24,779 nucleotides of DNA from NCBI GenBank assembly GCA_021129615.1, contig JAJOKY010000023.1, positions 1 through 24,779 of the forward strand, in the 5' to 3' direction. This document shows positions 1 through 8,514 of the stretch, piece by piece (position 1 is the stretch's first letter; every line of letters starts with the position of its first letter). The stretch is from Minisyncoccota bacterium (GTDB taxonomy: Bacteria; Patescibacteriota; Minisyncoccia; Minisyncoccales; CSSED10-335). A program made the translations under genes and the position numbers. The notes under the pieces were generated by a model. That model saw only the letters and a program-made list of their open reading frames with translations. It was not told where the DNA came from and ran no database searches.

Positions 1-207
1 ATCTAATACTACTTGCTTAACTGCCTGCTCTTTTTCTAACTGAAAAGTTTTACAAGATTTAGCAATCTCATTTTCAATCTCTTTTTCGGTCATCTCTAAA
101 GGAAAAGCGTGATTGATTGTTTCGACCTTTTTATTTTTGTCGTAAAATTCTGCTTCTACGACAAAGCGATTTGTTTCTCTCTCTATTTTTGTGATTTTGT
201 AATTCAT
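1..207 (-). CDS. Hypothetical protein, partial (runs off left edge)
   Basis: Not in the ORF track. ATG at 207 opens 69 stop-free codons to base 1 (MNYKITKIERETNRFVVEAEFY...). Its upstream leader closely resembles that of 242..529. Confidence 0.7.
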   Translation of the reverse strand, partial: MNYKITKIERETNRFVVEAEFYDKNKKVETINHAFPLEMTEKEIENEIAKSCKTFQLEKEQAVKQVVLD

Positions 208-241
208 AATTATTGTTAAGAATTAAATGTTTTACAACCTT

Positions 242-529
242 TTAGACATAATAAATATACAAAACCGCATTAGCCCCCGCTCCCTGGTCTAAAGTAACAG
301 AAACTCCATTACTCGTAGTTGGAGCAGAAATCTGTTCCCAATTCTCTGTATCCACACCATCAACCGTGTTGGCAGATAATTTAACAATCTCATCTCCTGA
401 TTGAGCAGTAGCATTATCATACAGAATTACAGTTGTAGCGGCAGTTCCAGCAACTAATCTTGTCCCTACAATCCTAAATTGTCCACTTAATACTCCATTT
501 GTTGAAGCTGTAATTTTTTTAATTGGCAT
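242..529 (-). CDS. Small probable virion structural protein (95 aa)
   Basis: Directly downstream of the capsid gene; Thr/Ala/Gly/Val-rich, beta-strand-like composition. Function inferred from position only. Confidence 0.7.
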   Translation of the reverse strand: MPIKKITASTNGVLSGQFRIVGTRLVAGTAATTVILYDNATAQSGDEIVKLSANTVDGVDTENWEQISAPTTSNGVSVTLDQGAGANAVLYIYYV

Positions 530-566
530 ATTATTTTTCTTCTTTTATTAAGAATTAAACATTTTA

Positions 567-574
567 CGACCTTT
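567..574 (-). promoter_or_regulatory. AAAGGTCG motif
   Basis: Exact motif 37 nt upstream of ATG 529. Confidence 0.6.
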
Positions 575-581
575 ATAAAGA

Positions 582-620
582 AAAGGTTTTATTTTCCACA
601 AGGAAGAAGGAAAAACCTTT
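582..620 (-). terminator. Possible weak terminator/attenuator after the capsid gene
   Basis: On the minus strand AAAGGTTT...TTCC-TTGT-GGAA...AAACCTTT forms a hairpin followed by TCTTT. Confidence 0.35.
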
Positions 621-653
621 AAAAACCTAAATCGTATTCTTATTACCCGTTAC

Positions 654-1835
654 TTAACTAAGGTTACTGTGAATCGCAAAAGCCTCAAGAGCGTTACGGA
701 CTTCTACAGTGTATGTTCCACTTAACATTGCTTCAATCAATCTTCCAGTCTTTGCTAAATCTTCAAGAGCCACAGCATCAGTTTGAAGCGGTCCAACTGT
801 AATCCTATTCAAGTCACCAACAACATAAATATCGTCAGGAACGTGAGGATTAACAATAATCTCTACTTCAAACCCCAAATCAGAAATAAATCTTTCTACA
901 ACATAACCAGCAGATTTACTATCAAAATCCATTCTTCGGTAAGCTTGGTCAAAAGTAGAAATGTTTCTCTTTTGTTTACCACCAACAAGAAGGAACAATC
1001 TTCCACCAGCAACCATACCACCATCATCCCAAATTTGCTTAATACTGGCATTCAAAACACTCGGACTAATTGCTTCAGGAGTAGTATTAGTATTACCACC
1101 TGACTGAGAAACAAATTCAATCAAACCACCAAAAGACGAATAATCAGCAGAACCACCTTCAGTGCCAGACCTAATAGAGTTAATCAAAGCACTATCAAGC
1201 TGTCTCATAAACTCTTTTAATCGGTATGCAGATTGATGAGAGAATTCATTTGGAATAGCAGCGTGGTCAACCGCCTGACGTCTTCGAGTAATGGCAATTC
1301 CATAACCCATTGTCATCAAGTAGTTAAATGGACCAGTTCTTTCAGCAGACCAATCTTCTCCATCTGGTTTCCAAGATTCTTGCTTGGTATGAGCAATAAT
1401 CATTATAGAAAATCCAGTAGAAGGAGAAGTTCCGTGTTCTTCACCAGAAGTAGAACCGTGACCTCTTTCAATTGTTAGGGTATCAGCAGAAACATTAGTT
1501 ACTCTCATTACTTCTGTCTTTCCAGCAGCCGCATCTTTGAACAAAGTTCCAATTTTGAACCTAACTCCGTGTCCAGGGCTAACATCAAGAGAAGTTTCAG
1601 AGGCATCCAAATAACCAGCCGCAGTATTAGGAGTAGTAGCAGTATTCGGATTTAGTTGGTCTTCGATCCAGCTATGCTTTAATTGAGTAGCAACTAAACC
1701 TCCTGCTCCTATCCTTTGAAGCAAAGCAGTATTATCAGTTCTAATAATTTCAGCTAACTCTTCAGACAAATCTAATTTCTTAACATTAGTCGGAATATTA
1801 TAAGCGGGTAGTCCCGTTGCAGTAGATAAAGGCAT
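654..1835 (-). CDS. Major capsid protein (HK97-fold, DUF5309-like) with a beta-rich insertion domain
   Basis: 393 aa, follows a scaffold-like gene. Motifs LDLSEELAEII, HSWIEDQL, GGLIEFV and GTYTVEVRN resemble DUF5309-type capsids. Confidence 0.85.
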   Translation of the reverse strand: MPLSTATGLPAYNIPTNVKKLDLSEELAEIIRTDNTALLQRIGAGGLVATQLKHSWIEDQLNPNTATTPNTAAGYLDASETSLDVSPGHGVRFKIGTLFKDAAAGKTEVMRVTNVSADTLTIERGHGSTSGEEHGTSPSTGFSIMIIAHTKQESWKPDGEDWSAERTGPFNYLMTMGYGIAITRRRQAVDHAAIPNEFSHQSAYRLKEFMRQLDSALINSIRSGTEGGSADYSSFGGLIEFVSQSGGNTNTTPEAISPSVLNASIKQIWDDGGMVAGGRLFLLVGGKQKRNISTFDQAYRRMDFDSKSAGYVVERFISDLGFEVEIIVNPHVPDDIYVVGDLNRITVGPLQTDAVALEDLAKTGRLIEAMLSGTYTVEVRNALEAFAIHSNLS

Positions 1836-1878
1836 ATTTAATTTTGGAGGAATTAAAACTTAAAGGAGAGACGACCTA

Positions 1879-2583
1879 TTATCCTACAAGCCTGATTTTA
1901 GAACGGATTGATTTTTCAACTGCATCAACTCCGCCTTCTTTCAAAGCTTTTTCGGAAAAAGTTTCGGTCTTTGGAGATTCAGCCCCAGAGGGTTGAACCA
2001 CATCAGCCCTAAACTCTTTACCCTCTCCTTCTTTGGGTTTTTCTTTGGGTTGAGTTTCCTTCTTCAAAGAAGAAACCCTTTTGTCCAACATATCTTTTAC
2101 TTGCTCTACAGTATCTTCAGCATCTATAGCATTTTCTACCAAAGCAAGCGGATTTTTCCGAAGAACTTCTTTTAAGGTTACATCTTTTTTAAGAACTTCC
2201 TGATATTCAGGATTATCCCAAACAAGATTACTAATAGCTAACCTTGCAACCATCTCCTCCTCTACTTCTTTAGGAGTAGATTCAGGTGGCAGCTCTTCAT
2301 CTATCCCTATTTCTCCGCTTCTTATCTTTTCAATCCTTTGCTCCAACCTCTCTCTTGTAATTCTTTCTATTCTCGCTTTTTTGTCGGCTTGAGATTGCAA
2401 ATTCTTCTGCTTTTCAAGCTCTTTTTTAAGGACATCAACCTTGCCCTCCAACTCTGCTACCTTTTTTTCTTCGGGGGAAGAAGTTGGTTCTTCCTTTGGT
2501 TTTTCCGAAGTAATTGCTTCCTTCTCCTTTGAGGCAGTAGCTTCCCCTTCTTTTGGAGTAGGAGTAGTGGCTTCATCAACCAT
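1879..2583 (-). CDS. Capsid scaffolding protein
   Basis: Glu/Lys-rich, coiled-coil-like, low-complexity N terminus; immediately upstream of the capsid gene. Confidence 0.7.
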   Translation of the reverse strand: MVDEATTPTPKEGEATASKEKEAITSEKPKEEPTSSPEEKKVAELEGKVDVLKKELEKQKNLQSQADKKARIERITRERLEQRIEKIRSGEIGIDEELPPESTPKEVEEEMVARLAISNLVWDNPEYQEVLKKDVTLKEVLRKNPLALVENAIDAEDTVEQVKDMLDKRVSSLKKETQPKEKPKEGEGKEFRADVVQPSGAESPKTETFSEKALKEGGVDAVEKSIRSKIRLVG

Positions 2584-2629
2584 ACTTTTTACGAATTTCT
2601 TATTGATTCAAAATCCGTATATTAAATTA

Positions 2630-2932
2630 TTATTTCTTTTTTTTACGATATTTTTTTAAAGTTTTCCAAAATCCTTCAATCCTTAAATTTTTTCGCATTG
2701 CCCTTCCTTCAGGAGTTGCCATACCTCTTTTTTCCATTCGTTCACCATATTCTCCACCAGCTAAATGCCAACGAATCCTTTTTTTAATTTCTCTTGGCGT
2801 CTGAAGTATTCCTTTAAAAGTTTCTATTACTAAACCCTTCGGACTTTTTAAATGCTCAGCTCGTTTTTTTAATTGGGCTGCTTCTCTCTGGTATTTTTGA
2901 ATACGAAATTTTCTTCTATTTTTTATTTTCAT
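2630..2932 (-). CDS. Highly basic 100 aa protein (start revised to ATG 2932)
   Basis: MKIKNRRKFRIQKY...KKYRKKKK. The track's longer start (2995) lies upstream of a promoter at 2970-2942, so ATG 2932 is preferred. Confidence 0.7.
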   Translation of the reverse strand: MKIKNRRKFRIQKYQREAAQLKKRAEHLKSPKGLVIETFKGILQTPREIKKRIRWHLAGGEYGERMEKRGMATPEGRAMRKNLRIEGFWKTLKKYRKKKK

Positions 2933-2941
2933 ACTATTTTC

Positions 2942-2970
2942 TCTATAACAAAATTTAGTAAATTTGTCAA
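2942..2970 (-). promoter_or_regulatory. Sigma70-type leftward promoter (late class)
   Basis: TTGACA-17 nt-TATAGA with extended -10 TG; ATG 9 nt after the -10; nearly identical to the promoter at 14274-14246. Confidence 0.75.
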
Positions 2971-2979
2971 GAATAGAAA

Positions 2980-3099
2980 TTAAGACACTCCCCATTTTAA
3001 TAATAAATAACCTCCAATTATAACAAAAAGAAATGGAGCTAATATTATTAAAAACCCAACTATAAATTCCAAAATATATCTTAAAATACCTTTAATCAT
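2980..3099 (-). CDS. 39 aa hydrophobic membrane peptide
   Basis: Not in the ORF track. MIKGILRYILEFIVGFLIILAPFLFVIIGGYLLLKWGVS*; its ATG overlaps the TGA of 3096..6977 (ATGA coupling). Confidence 0.65.
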   Translation of the reverse strand: MIKGILRYILEFIVGFLIILAPFLFVIIGGYLLLKWGVS

Positions 3100-6000
3100 T
3101 TTTTTCTTTTTTCTAATTCCTTTTTTATTCTTCTTCGCTGTTCCTTTCTTAATGCTCTTTGTTCCTTTTGCTTTCTTCTATAATACCATCTTCTTTGTTG
3201 AATAGGGTCATAAGAATATTGTTTAAGTCCTAAAATAGCATCTAAAATAGCATCAAAGGTTGTTGCATCTTCTTTTGTCAACCTCCTTGTATATCCCATA
3301 ATTCTTAAATTACCTAAAAGTGTTTTCTTTAATGCTTCTCTAAAAACCTTTTCTTCAGGAAGATTGGGGTCAATAATATCTCTACCCATAAAAAGACTAT
3401 AATTCATAAGAGGTTCAAATGCTAATTTAATCCCTGGATGTAAAGCAGAAAACCATTCTCGTATAACACCAGGGTCTTTCAAATTCAAACGAGCCAAATC
3501 TTGAAAAGCAAAATCAAAATTCATATAAACAGGTTTATCTTTCCGTTCCCAGGGCATTCTTGTAAACACTTCTCTTTCTCTCATCCAGTCTGGCAAATAC
3601 CTTTCATCAGGTATTTCTGATAAACTTTCAAACGCTGCTTGGGTTTTTCTGACTGCAGCAAACTTTCCAGGTTGTTTAAAAAGTTGTTCAATTTGTAAGG
3701 GCAAATTTTTCCTAAGCCAGGTGTAGAATGGGACCACCCTTCTCATTACCTTTCTTTCAAAGGCAGTATTACCACTTAAATAAATTGTTCCATTCCTTCT
3801 TGCAACCAATGTTTGATTTTTTGAACTTACACACCATATTTTATCATTATACTTTATTTTTTCTCTTTTGAATTCATCAACATAAACATTTTTAGAAGTA
3901 TAAATACTAACTCTATTATACACTTTCCCTTTTCTTGTTTCTTTTCTACAATTAGACCTCTTACCAATTAAAAAAAGTAGAACTTGAAACACTCCAGCAA
4001 AATCATTTCCTTTTTGCGTAAATACTTCGTGATTATTTTTATGATGTTTAGTTCCATCCGTAATCATTAATATTTCATATAACAACCTTAATTGTTTATT
4101 TGTCAACCTCAACAAAAAATCAACTGTTAATTGCTTATCTGGAAACATATCAATAATCTTATGAGCTAAATCCTTACCAATATAAAAAGAATGAATATTA
4201 TTATCTCTCTTAAAAATATATTCTGTAAATGTTCCTTGATATTCTTTTTGAATTTTTTGCCAACATTTTCTTAATCTATCAACTTTATTTTTATTAACAA
4301 CTGATTGATATACCTGAATTGATTTTCCTTGATGAGAATAATTCCCTTCTGTTAAAATCCACCCAATCAATTCCACAAAAGTATCACTAAAAATCTTTTC
4401 TTTTATTGGATTATTATAATTACAAGACTGAACTTTTAACTTAACCCTTTTTATATTATTCGTTTCTACTAACGAATACTTATCTCTTTTAATAATATTA
4501 TGATTTCCCTTCTTACCAATATCACCATAAACAATCCATTTATGTTTATCTGTTATCATTGCATTAAATCTTGTAGAATGCCAATAATTTAATTCACCAT
4601 TAAAGTCTTGTATATGAATATAATTTATATCATTCCATTCAAGATAATCTTTTTTAAGATTAAAAGAAAGAACTTTTAATCCAGCCTGAATATCAAACCA
4701 TCTTTTCCAGCCCTTATTAGTTAAAATCTCTGTTTCTTTATCAAAACAAAGCTCCCCATAATCAAAAAGGAATTTTTTCGTATGCCTTGTCGCCGAATGT
4801 ATATCAATTCCCTTGTCAAGTTGGTCTAAAAATAAAGCAAAACGGGCGTTATTCTCTACTGCTGTTCCTGCTCCTCTTGGTAATTCCATTGTAATGTTCC
4901 TCGCCATATCCCTATATTTTGCTTTTTCAGTTAATCTTGGTTTAACCCCTGTTGTAACAGCTATCTCTCTGGTAATATCTTTTCCCAATTCTGCCCCATA
5001 CCAACCACGATTTAGAACTCCTGTTTCCAATCCTTCTTGATATAATTTTGATGCTTTATATTTCTTGCCAGCTAAAGTTACTGTAAAATCATCAGTAGCT
5101 TTCATCAATTTTGCTGGAACTCTTGTTAAAGTTCTTCCTAATCTTCCAGCCTTAGTAGTGCTATAACCATACATCTGAATCCTCATCGCTGTCGTAAATC
5201 TGCGTGGGTCTTTTAGCCCTCCTAAAAAAGTTAACCATAAATTAGACATAGCATTTCTTGAATGATAAGCTGGAAACCAAGAAGTAACTGAAGTTTTCCA
5301 AAAATTTGTAACACTATCAATATGTCTTATTAGCCCCTTTTGAATCACATCCCTTGTAAGATATGGAGACATTGCATTCATTACATCAGCCACCTCATCA
5401 GGCATTAAATAAACAGGAACATCATCTGAAATTTTAAAAGTTGTTTTAATAGTATTAGGCCTTAATTTCATTACTGTTCTATCTAAAAATGCCTCTCCCT
5501 GTGTTTCAAATAATTTCTTCATCGCTCTTTCATTGCCCATTTGAACTACTTTTGTTTTTTTAGAATTATACAAAGGATAAAACCTTGCCCCTCCTCTCGG
5601 GAGATAAAGTCCCATTCCCTCTGGCAATCTTCCAAGTTTCATTGCCTTATTAAATGATTTTTTATCCATTGGAGTTCCAGTTAAAGAAAGCATTTTTTGG
5701 ACATAGTCATCAACAGCAATTACTTTTTTAGAATAAGCATTTCTTATACCTACAGCAACAGCAAAATCTTCTATTGGCTGCCAACCAGCCTTTATCGCTT
5801 CATCCATTGTTTCAAATATTCTTGATTTTCCTGCTCGGTTTCTGGCAACAATAGGATGAGGAACATCTCTTCCCAACATCCCAGCTAATCTTTTTGGATA
5901 ATAATGAGGAATATACCCTAATCTAAAAGTTTTAAGCAACCCTCTTTGAGCTTCTGGCTCTGTAATTTCCTTAAAAATAAACTTCTGAACATCCTCAGCT

Positions 6001-6977
6001 TTTCCAACCAAATGTTTTGGAAGCAACGTTGATAAAGGAACTTTTTTCTTTGCTGCTTGCTCTATTGACCTTGAAATCAATTCTCTATCAACAAGTCTGG
6101 GAACTGCTTTAGCCATTTCTTTTGTCTTTGTCATTGCTAATTGCCCACCTAAAAGAATTCTCTCATTAGCTTGTTGACGATAAAGGACAGCCAAATTTTT
6201 CTGCAAAGGAGTTAACTTTTTAGCTTTCTTCATTATAAAATCATCTCCAATAAATGCCTCTCCAGCCCACCTAAAAGGTTGTCTTCTTGTAAATTTCCCC
6301 CAAGCTTTTCCAGTCATTTTACCTGTTTGATAAAGAATGTCAGAAACTACTGGAATCTTTTTACCAAAAATTCTAACTGCTGTTTTATCAACATATTCAT
6401 CTGGATTTTTTAACGCAGTTCTTAAAACCATTTCTTCTATTTCATCTACAGCCAACTTTCTCGCCATCTTCTTATCAACAACACCAGCTTTCAAATGCTT
6501 TTTTGTGAACATTGATAAATTCTTTTTCAAAGCTGCTTTTTTCAATAATCTTCCTTTTTTATTCAAAACCGTCGATCCCAATTTTGCTCCTGCACTTTTC
6601 CCAAAAGTCATATAGGTCAATGGGTCTAATCCAACATCCAAAGCAAAACCTGCGATTGACCTAACATATTTATTTTTCACACCAGCACTCTCTAAAACAT
6701 CACTATAAAAAACTCTTTCTTTTCCCCTAAGTCCTCTATAAGATGCTCTTAATGCCTCCCTTATACCTTTTCCTTCTACTATTGCTTTAGAAAAAGAAGC
6801 TGAAGCATAAGTAGGTCTTGTAATAAAATCAAGAGCCTTCATTAAAGTTCCTTCTGGTTCTCGTATAGCCCTACCGTGTTGAGGAGTAAAAACCCCCACT
6901 TCATTTCTCGGATGTGGAGATGTATGCAATGTTTGTATTTCTCTAAGTTTTTCTAATTCTTCTGGAGTAAATGCCAT
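3096..6977 (-). CDS. Large probable internal virion/DNA ejection protein with intein (966 aa after splicing)
   Basis: 1293 aa. Extein motifs LDVGLDPLTY, WKTSVTSWFPAYHSRN and FDYGEL/TAFERKVMRRVVPFYTWLRKN resemble large phage virion/polyvalent proteins; lies within the virion operon. Confidence 0.7.
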   Translation of the reverse strand: MAFTPEELEKLREIQTLHTSPHPRNEVGVFTPQHGRAIREPEGTLMKALDFITRPTYASASFSKAIVEGKGIREALRASYRGLRGKERVFYSDVLESAGVKNKYVRSIAGFALDVGLDPLTYMTFGKSAGAKLGSTVLNKKGRLLKKAALKKNLSMFTKKHLKAGVVDKKMARKLAVDEIEEMVLRTALKNPDEYVDKTAVRIFGKKIPVVSDILYQTGKMTGKAWGKFTRRQPFRWAGEAFIGDDFIMKKAKKLTPLQKNLAVLYRQQANERILLGGQLAMTKTKEMAKAVPRLVDRELISRSIEQAAKKKVPLSTLLPKHLVGKAEDVQKFIFKEITEPEAQRGLLKTFRLGYIPHYYPKRLAGMLGRDVPHPIVARNRAGKSRIFETMDEAIKAGWQPIEDFAVAVGIRNAYSKKVIAVDDYVQKMLSLTGTPMDKKSFNKAMKLGRLPEGMGLYLPRGGARFYPLYNSKKTKVVQMGNERAMKKLFETQGEAFLDRTVMKLRPNTIKTTFKISDDVPVYLMPDEVADVMNAMSPYLTRDVIQKGLIRHIDSVTNFWKTSVTSWFPAYHSRNAMSNLWLTFLGGLKDPRRFTTAMRIQMYGYSTTKAGRLGRTLTRVPAKLMKATDDFTVTLAGKKYKASKLYQEGLETGVLNRGWYGAELGKDITREIAVTTGVKPRLTEKAKYRDMARNITMELPRGAGTAVENNARFALFLDQLDKGIDIHSATRHTKKFLFDYGELCFDKETEILTNKGWKRWFDIQAGLKVLSFNLKKDYLEWNDINYIHIQDFNGELNYWHSTRFNAMITDKHKWIVYGDIGKKGNHNIIKRDKYSLVETNNIKRVKLKVQSCNYNNPIKEKIFSDTFVELIGWILTEGNYSHQGKSIQVYQSVVNKNKVDRLRKCWQKIQKEYQGTFTEYIFKRDNNIHSFYIGKDLAHKIIDMFPDKQLTVDFLLRLTNKQLRLLYEILMITDGTKHHKNNHEVFTQKGNDFAGVFQVLLFLIGKRSNCRKETRKGKVYNRVSIYTSKNVYVDEFKREKIKYNDKIWCVSSKNQTLVARRNGTIYLSGNTAFERKVMRRVVPFYTWLRKNLPLQIEQLFKQPGKFAAVRKTQAAFESLSEIPDERYLPDWMREREVFTRMPWERKDKPVYMNFDFAFQDLARLNLKDPGVIREWFSALHPGIKLAFEPLMNYSLFMGRDIIDPNLPEEKVFREALKKTLLGNLRIMGYTRRLTKEDATTFDAILDAILGLKQYSYDPIQQRRWYYRRKQKEQRALRKEQRRRIKKELEKRKK
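3768..4748 (-). mobile_element. Intein with LAGLIDADG homing endonuclease (327 aa, residues 744-1070)
   Basis: N-terminal block CFDKETEILTNKGW, block B region MITDKHKW, LAGLIDADG-like motifs LIGWILTEGN and YEILMITDGT, C-terminal KIWCVSSKNQTLVARRNGTIYLSGN followed by Thr(+1). Confidence 0.92.
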
Positions 6978-6979
6978 AA

Positions 6980-8512
6980 TTAAAATTTTGGCAACCTTTC
7001 AATTGGTAACCCTTTAATAAACTTTTTTGATTCTTCTGTCATAATATCAGAAGGAATACCTGTTATTATTGGTTTTTTTTCTTTCATCCGCCCATATTTT
7101 GCATCTATTTCTTTCATCCGTCGTCTTTCCCTTTCACTTATTCCTCCTATCCATTCTCCTATCCTTTCACCTATTCCTCCTATCCATTCTCCTATCCCTT
7201 TCTGTCCTTCCAACCGTTCTTCCAACATTCTTAATCTTTGTTCTCTAGGCATTTTTCTTTCTTCTGCCCATCTTTCTACCCCTCTTCTCTGCCATTCTCT
7301 CATTCTCCTTGGTGTTCCCAATAACTCTCTTCCAAAAGCATTCCAAAAATTGAATTGTTCAGTTTCATTTTCTCTGGAAAATCTCTCTCGGATAAATTCC
7401 TTAAAAGGTGTAACTGCTCCTGCCAAAGTATTCAATTGTTCGTCTGGACTTAATTGATATACTTTATCCTCTTGGAAACCTAATTCATTCTTCCATTTAT
7501 CTGACTTTATAGAAGTAAATGTCATATCTTGATTAACATAATAAAATTCTCCTCTATCATTTTCTACAAAAGTACCAGGATTAATTTCGTGGATACTGGC
7601 GTGTCGTATATTTTGATAACTAAAATTATCTACATCGCCTGTAAATCTCTCACCATCATATTCAAAATCTACTCCCGCAAAGTTATATTTATCTCCAAAC
7701 ATAGCATTTGCTCGTATAAAATATGTTGATAATCCTTCTACTAAATCATCTCCAGTTCCTAAAACAGGATTTCCTTCTGCATCAGGAACAATAGTAAATT
7801 TCAAATTTGTCGGTTTCATATGACTAATTTGCTTATCAGCCTTACTAACAATCCGCATATTCTTTACTTTCCCCATATAAGGAGTATAAACTACCGCATA
7901 TTCTCCTAACCTACGAGCACCCCTTGCTCTTACCTTTTCATCCATAGAACCCAATTCTTCAAACCCTCTATTTATCTCAGCATATTTAAACTCTTCCATT
8001 TCAAAATCTCTTATCAAATCCTCAAGGGCACTAGTATCTATATGATGTCTTTTGAAAATTTCAAGTAAATCATAAACATTATTTACATCTTCTCCTAATG
8101 CTGTTCCATAAAGAACATCTCCATATTTTATTTGAGCCATTGTGGCATAATGATAAGGGTCTTGTGGAGTTTCAAACTGAATAAACCTTAAATCTTGCTC
8201 TATCAACTGCTTCAAATCTGTAGTATCTATATCTTTTCTTCTGGCTAATTGAGTTCTTAACTTCTTAATTTGGAAATCAATTAAATCAGCTTGTGCCTTT
8301 CTCCTTTCTCTATCTGTGATATAAGGATTTCTTAAAATTGCAGCAGTATCAGCTATAGCTTTATCCCAACCAGCAGGACTATAAATCTCACCTCCTTGGT
8401 CTAAGGCTTCTTGTCTTAATTCAATATCTCTCATATCAGACATTATCCTATAATAATCTGCTGTTTTTCTGGCTCTTGGGAATAAAATTGGACGAAAATT
8501 AAATGTTGGCAT
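6980..8512 (-). CDS. 510 aa protein of unknown function, probable internal virion protein
   Basis: Long ORF tightly packed (2 nt gaps) between the LysM protein and the 1293 aa protein. Confidence 0.6.
   Translation of the reverse strand: MPTFNFRPILFPRARKTADYYRIMSDMRDIELRQEALDQGGEIYSPAGWDKAIADTAAILRNPYITDRERRKAQADLIDFQIKKLRTQLARRKDIDTTDLKQLIEQDLRFIQFETPQDPYHYATMAQIKYGDVLYGTALGEDVNNVYDLLEIFKRHHIDTSALEDLIRDFEMEEFKYAEINRGFEELGSMDEKVRARGARRLGEYAVVYTPYMGKVKNMRIVSKADKQISHMKPTNLKFTIVPDAEGNPVLGTGDDLVEGLSTYFIRANAMFGDKYNFAGVDFEYDGERFTGDVDNFSYQNIRHASIHEINPGTFVENDRGEFYYVNQDMTFTSIKSDKWKNELGFQEDKVYQLSPDEQLNTLAGAVTPFKEFIRERFSRENETEQFNFWNAFGRELLGTPRRMREWQRRGVERWAEERKMPREQRLRMLEERLEGQKGIGEWIGGIGERIGEWIGGISERERRRMKEIDAKYGRMKEKKPIITGIPSDIMTEESKKFIKGLPIERLPKF
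7131..7196. repeat. 33 bp tandem duplication (2 copies, 1 mismatch)
   Basis: CTTTCAC(T/C)TATTCCTCCTATCCATTCTCCTATC twice; encodes IGEWIGGI(G/S)ER twice. Confidence 0.9.
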
Positions 8513-8514
8513 AT

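Noticed and set aside
2933-2995. N-terminal extension of the basic protein given by the ORF track
   Set aside because: It spans the promoter at 2970-2942 and overlaps the 39 aa membrane ORF.
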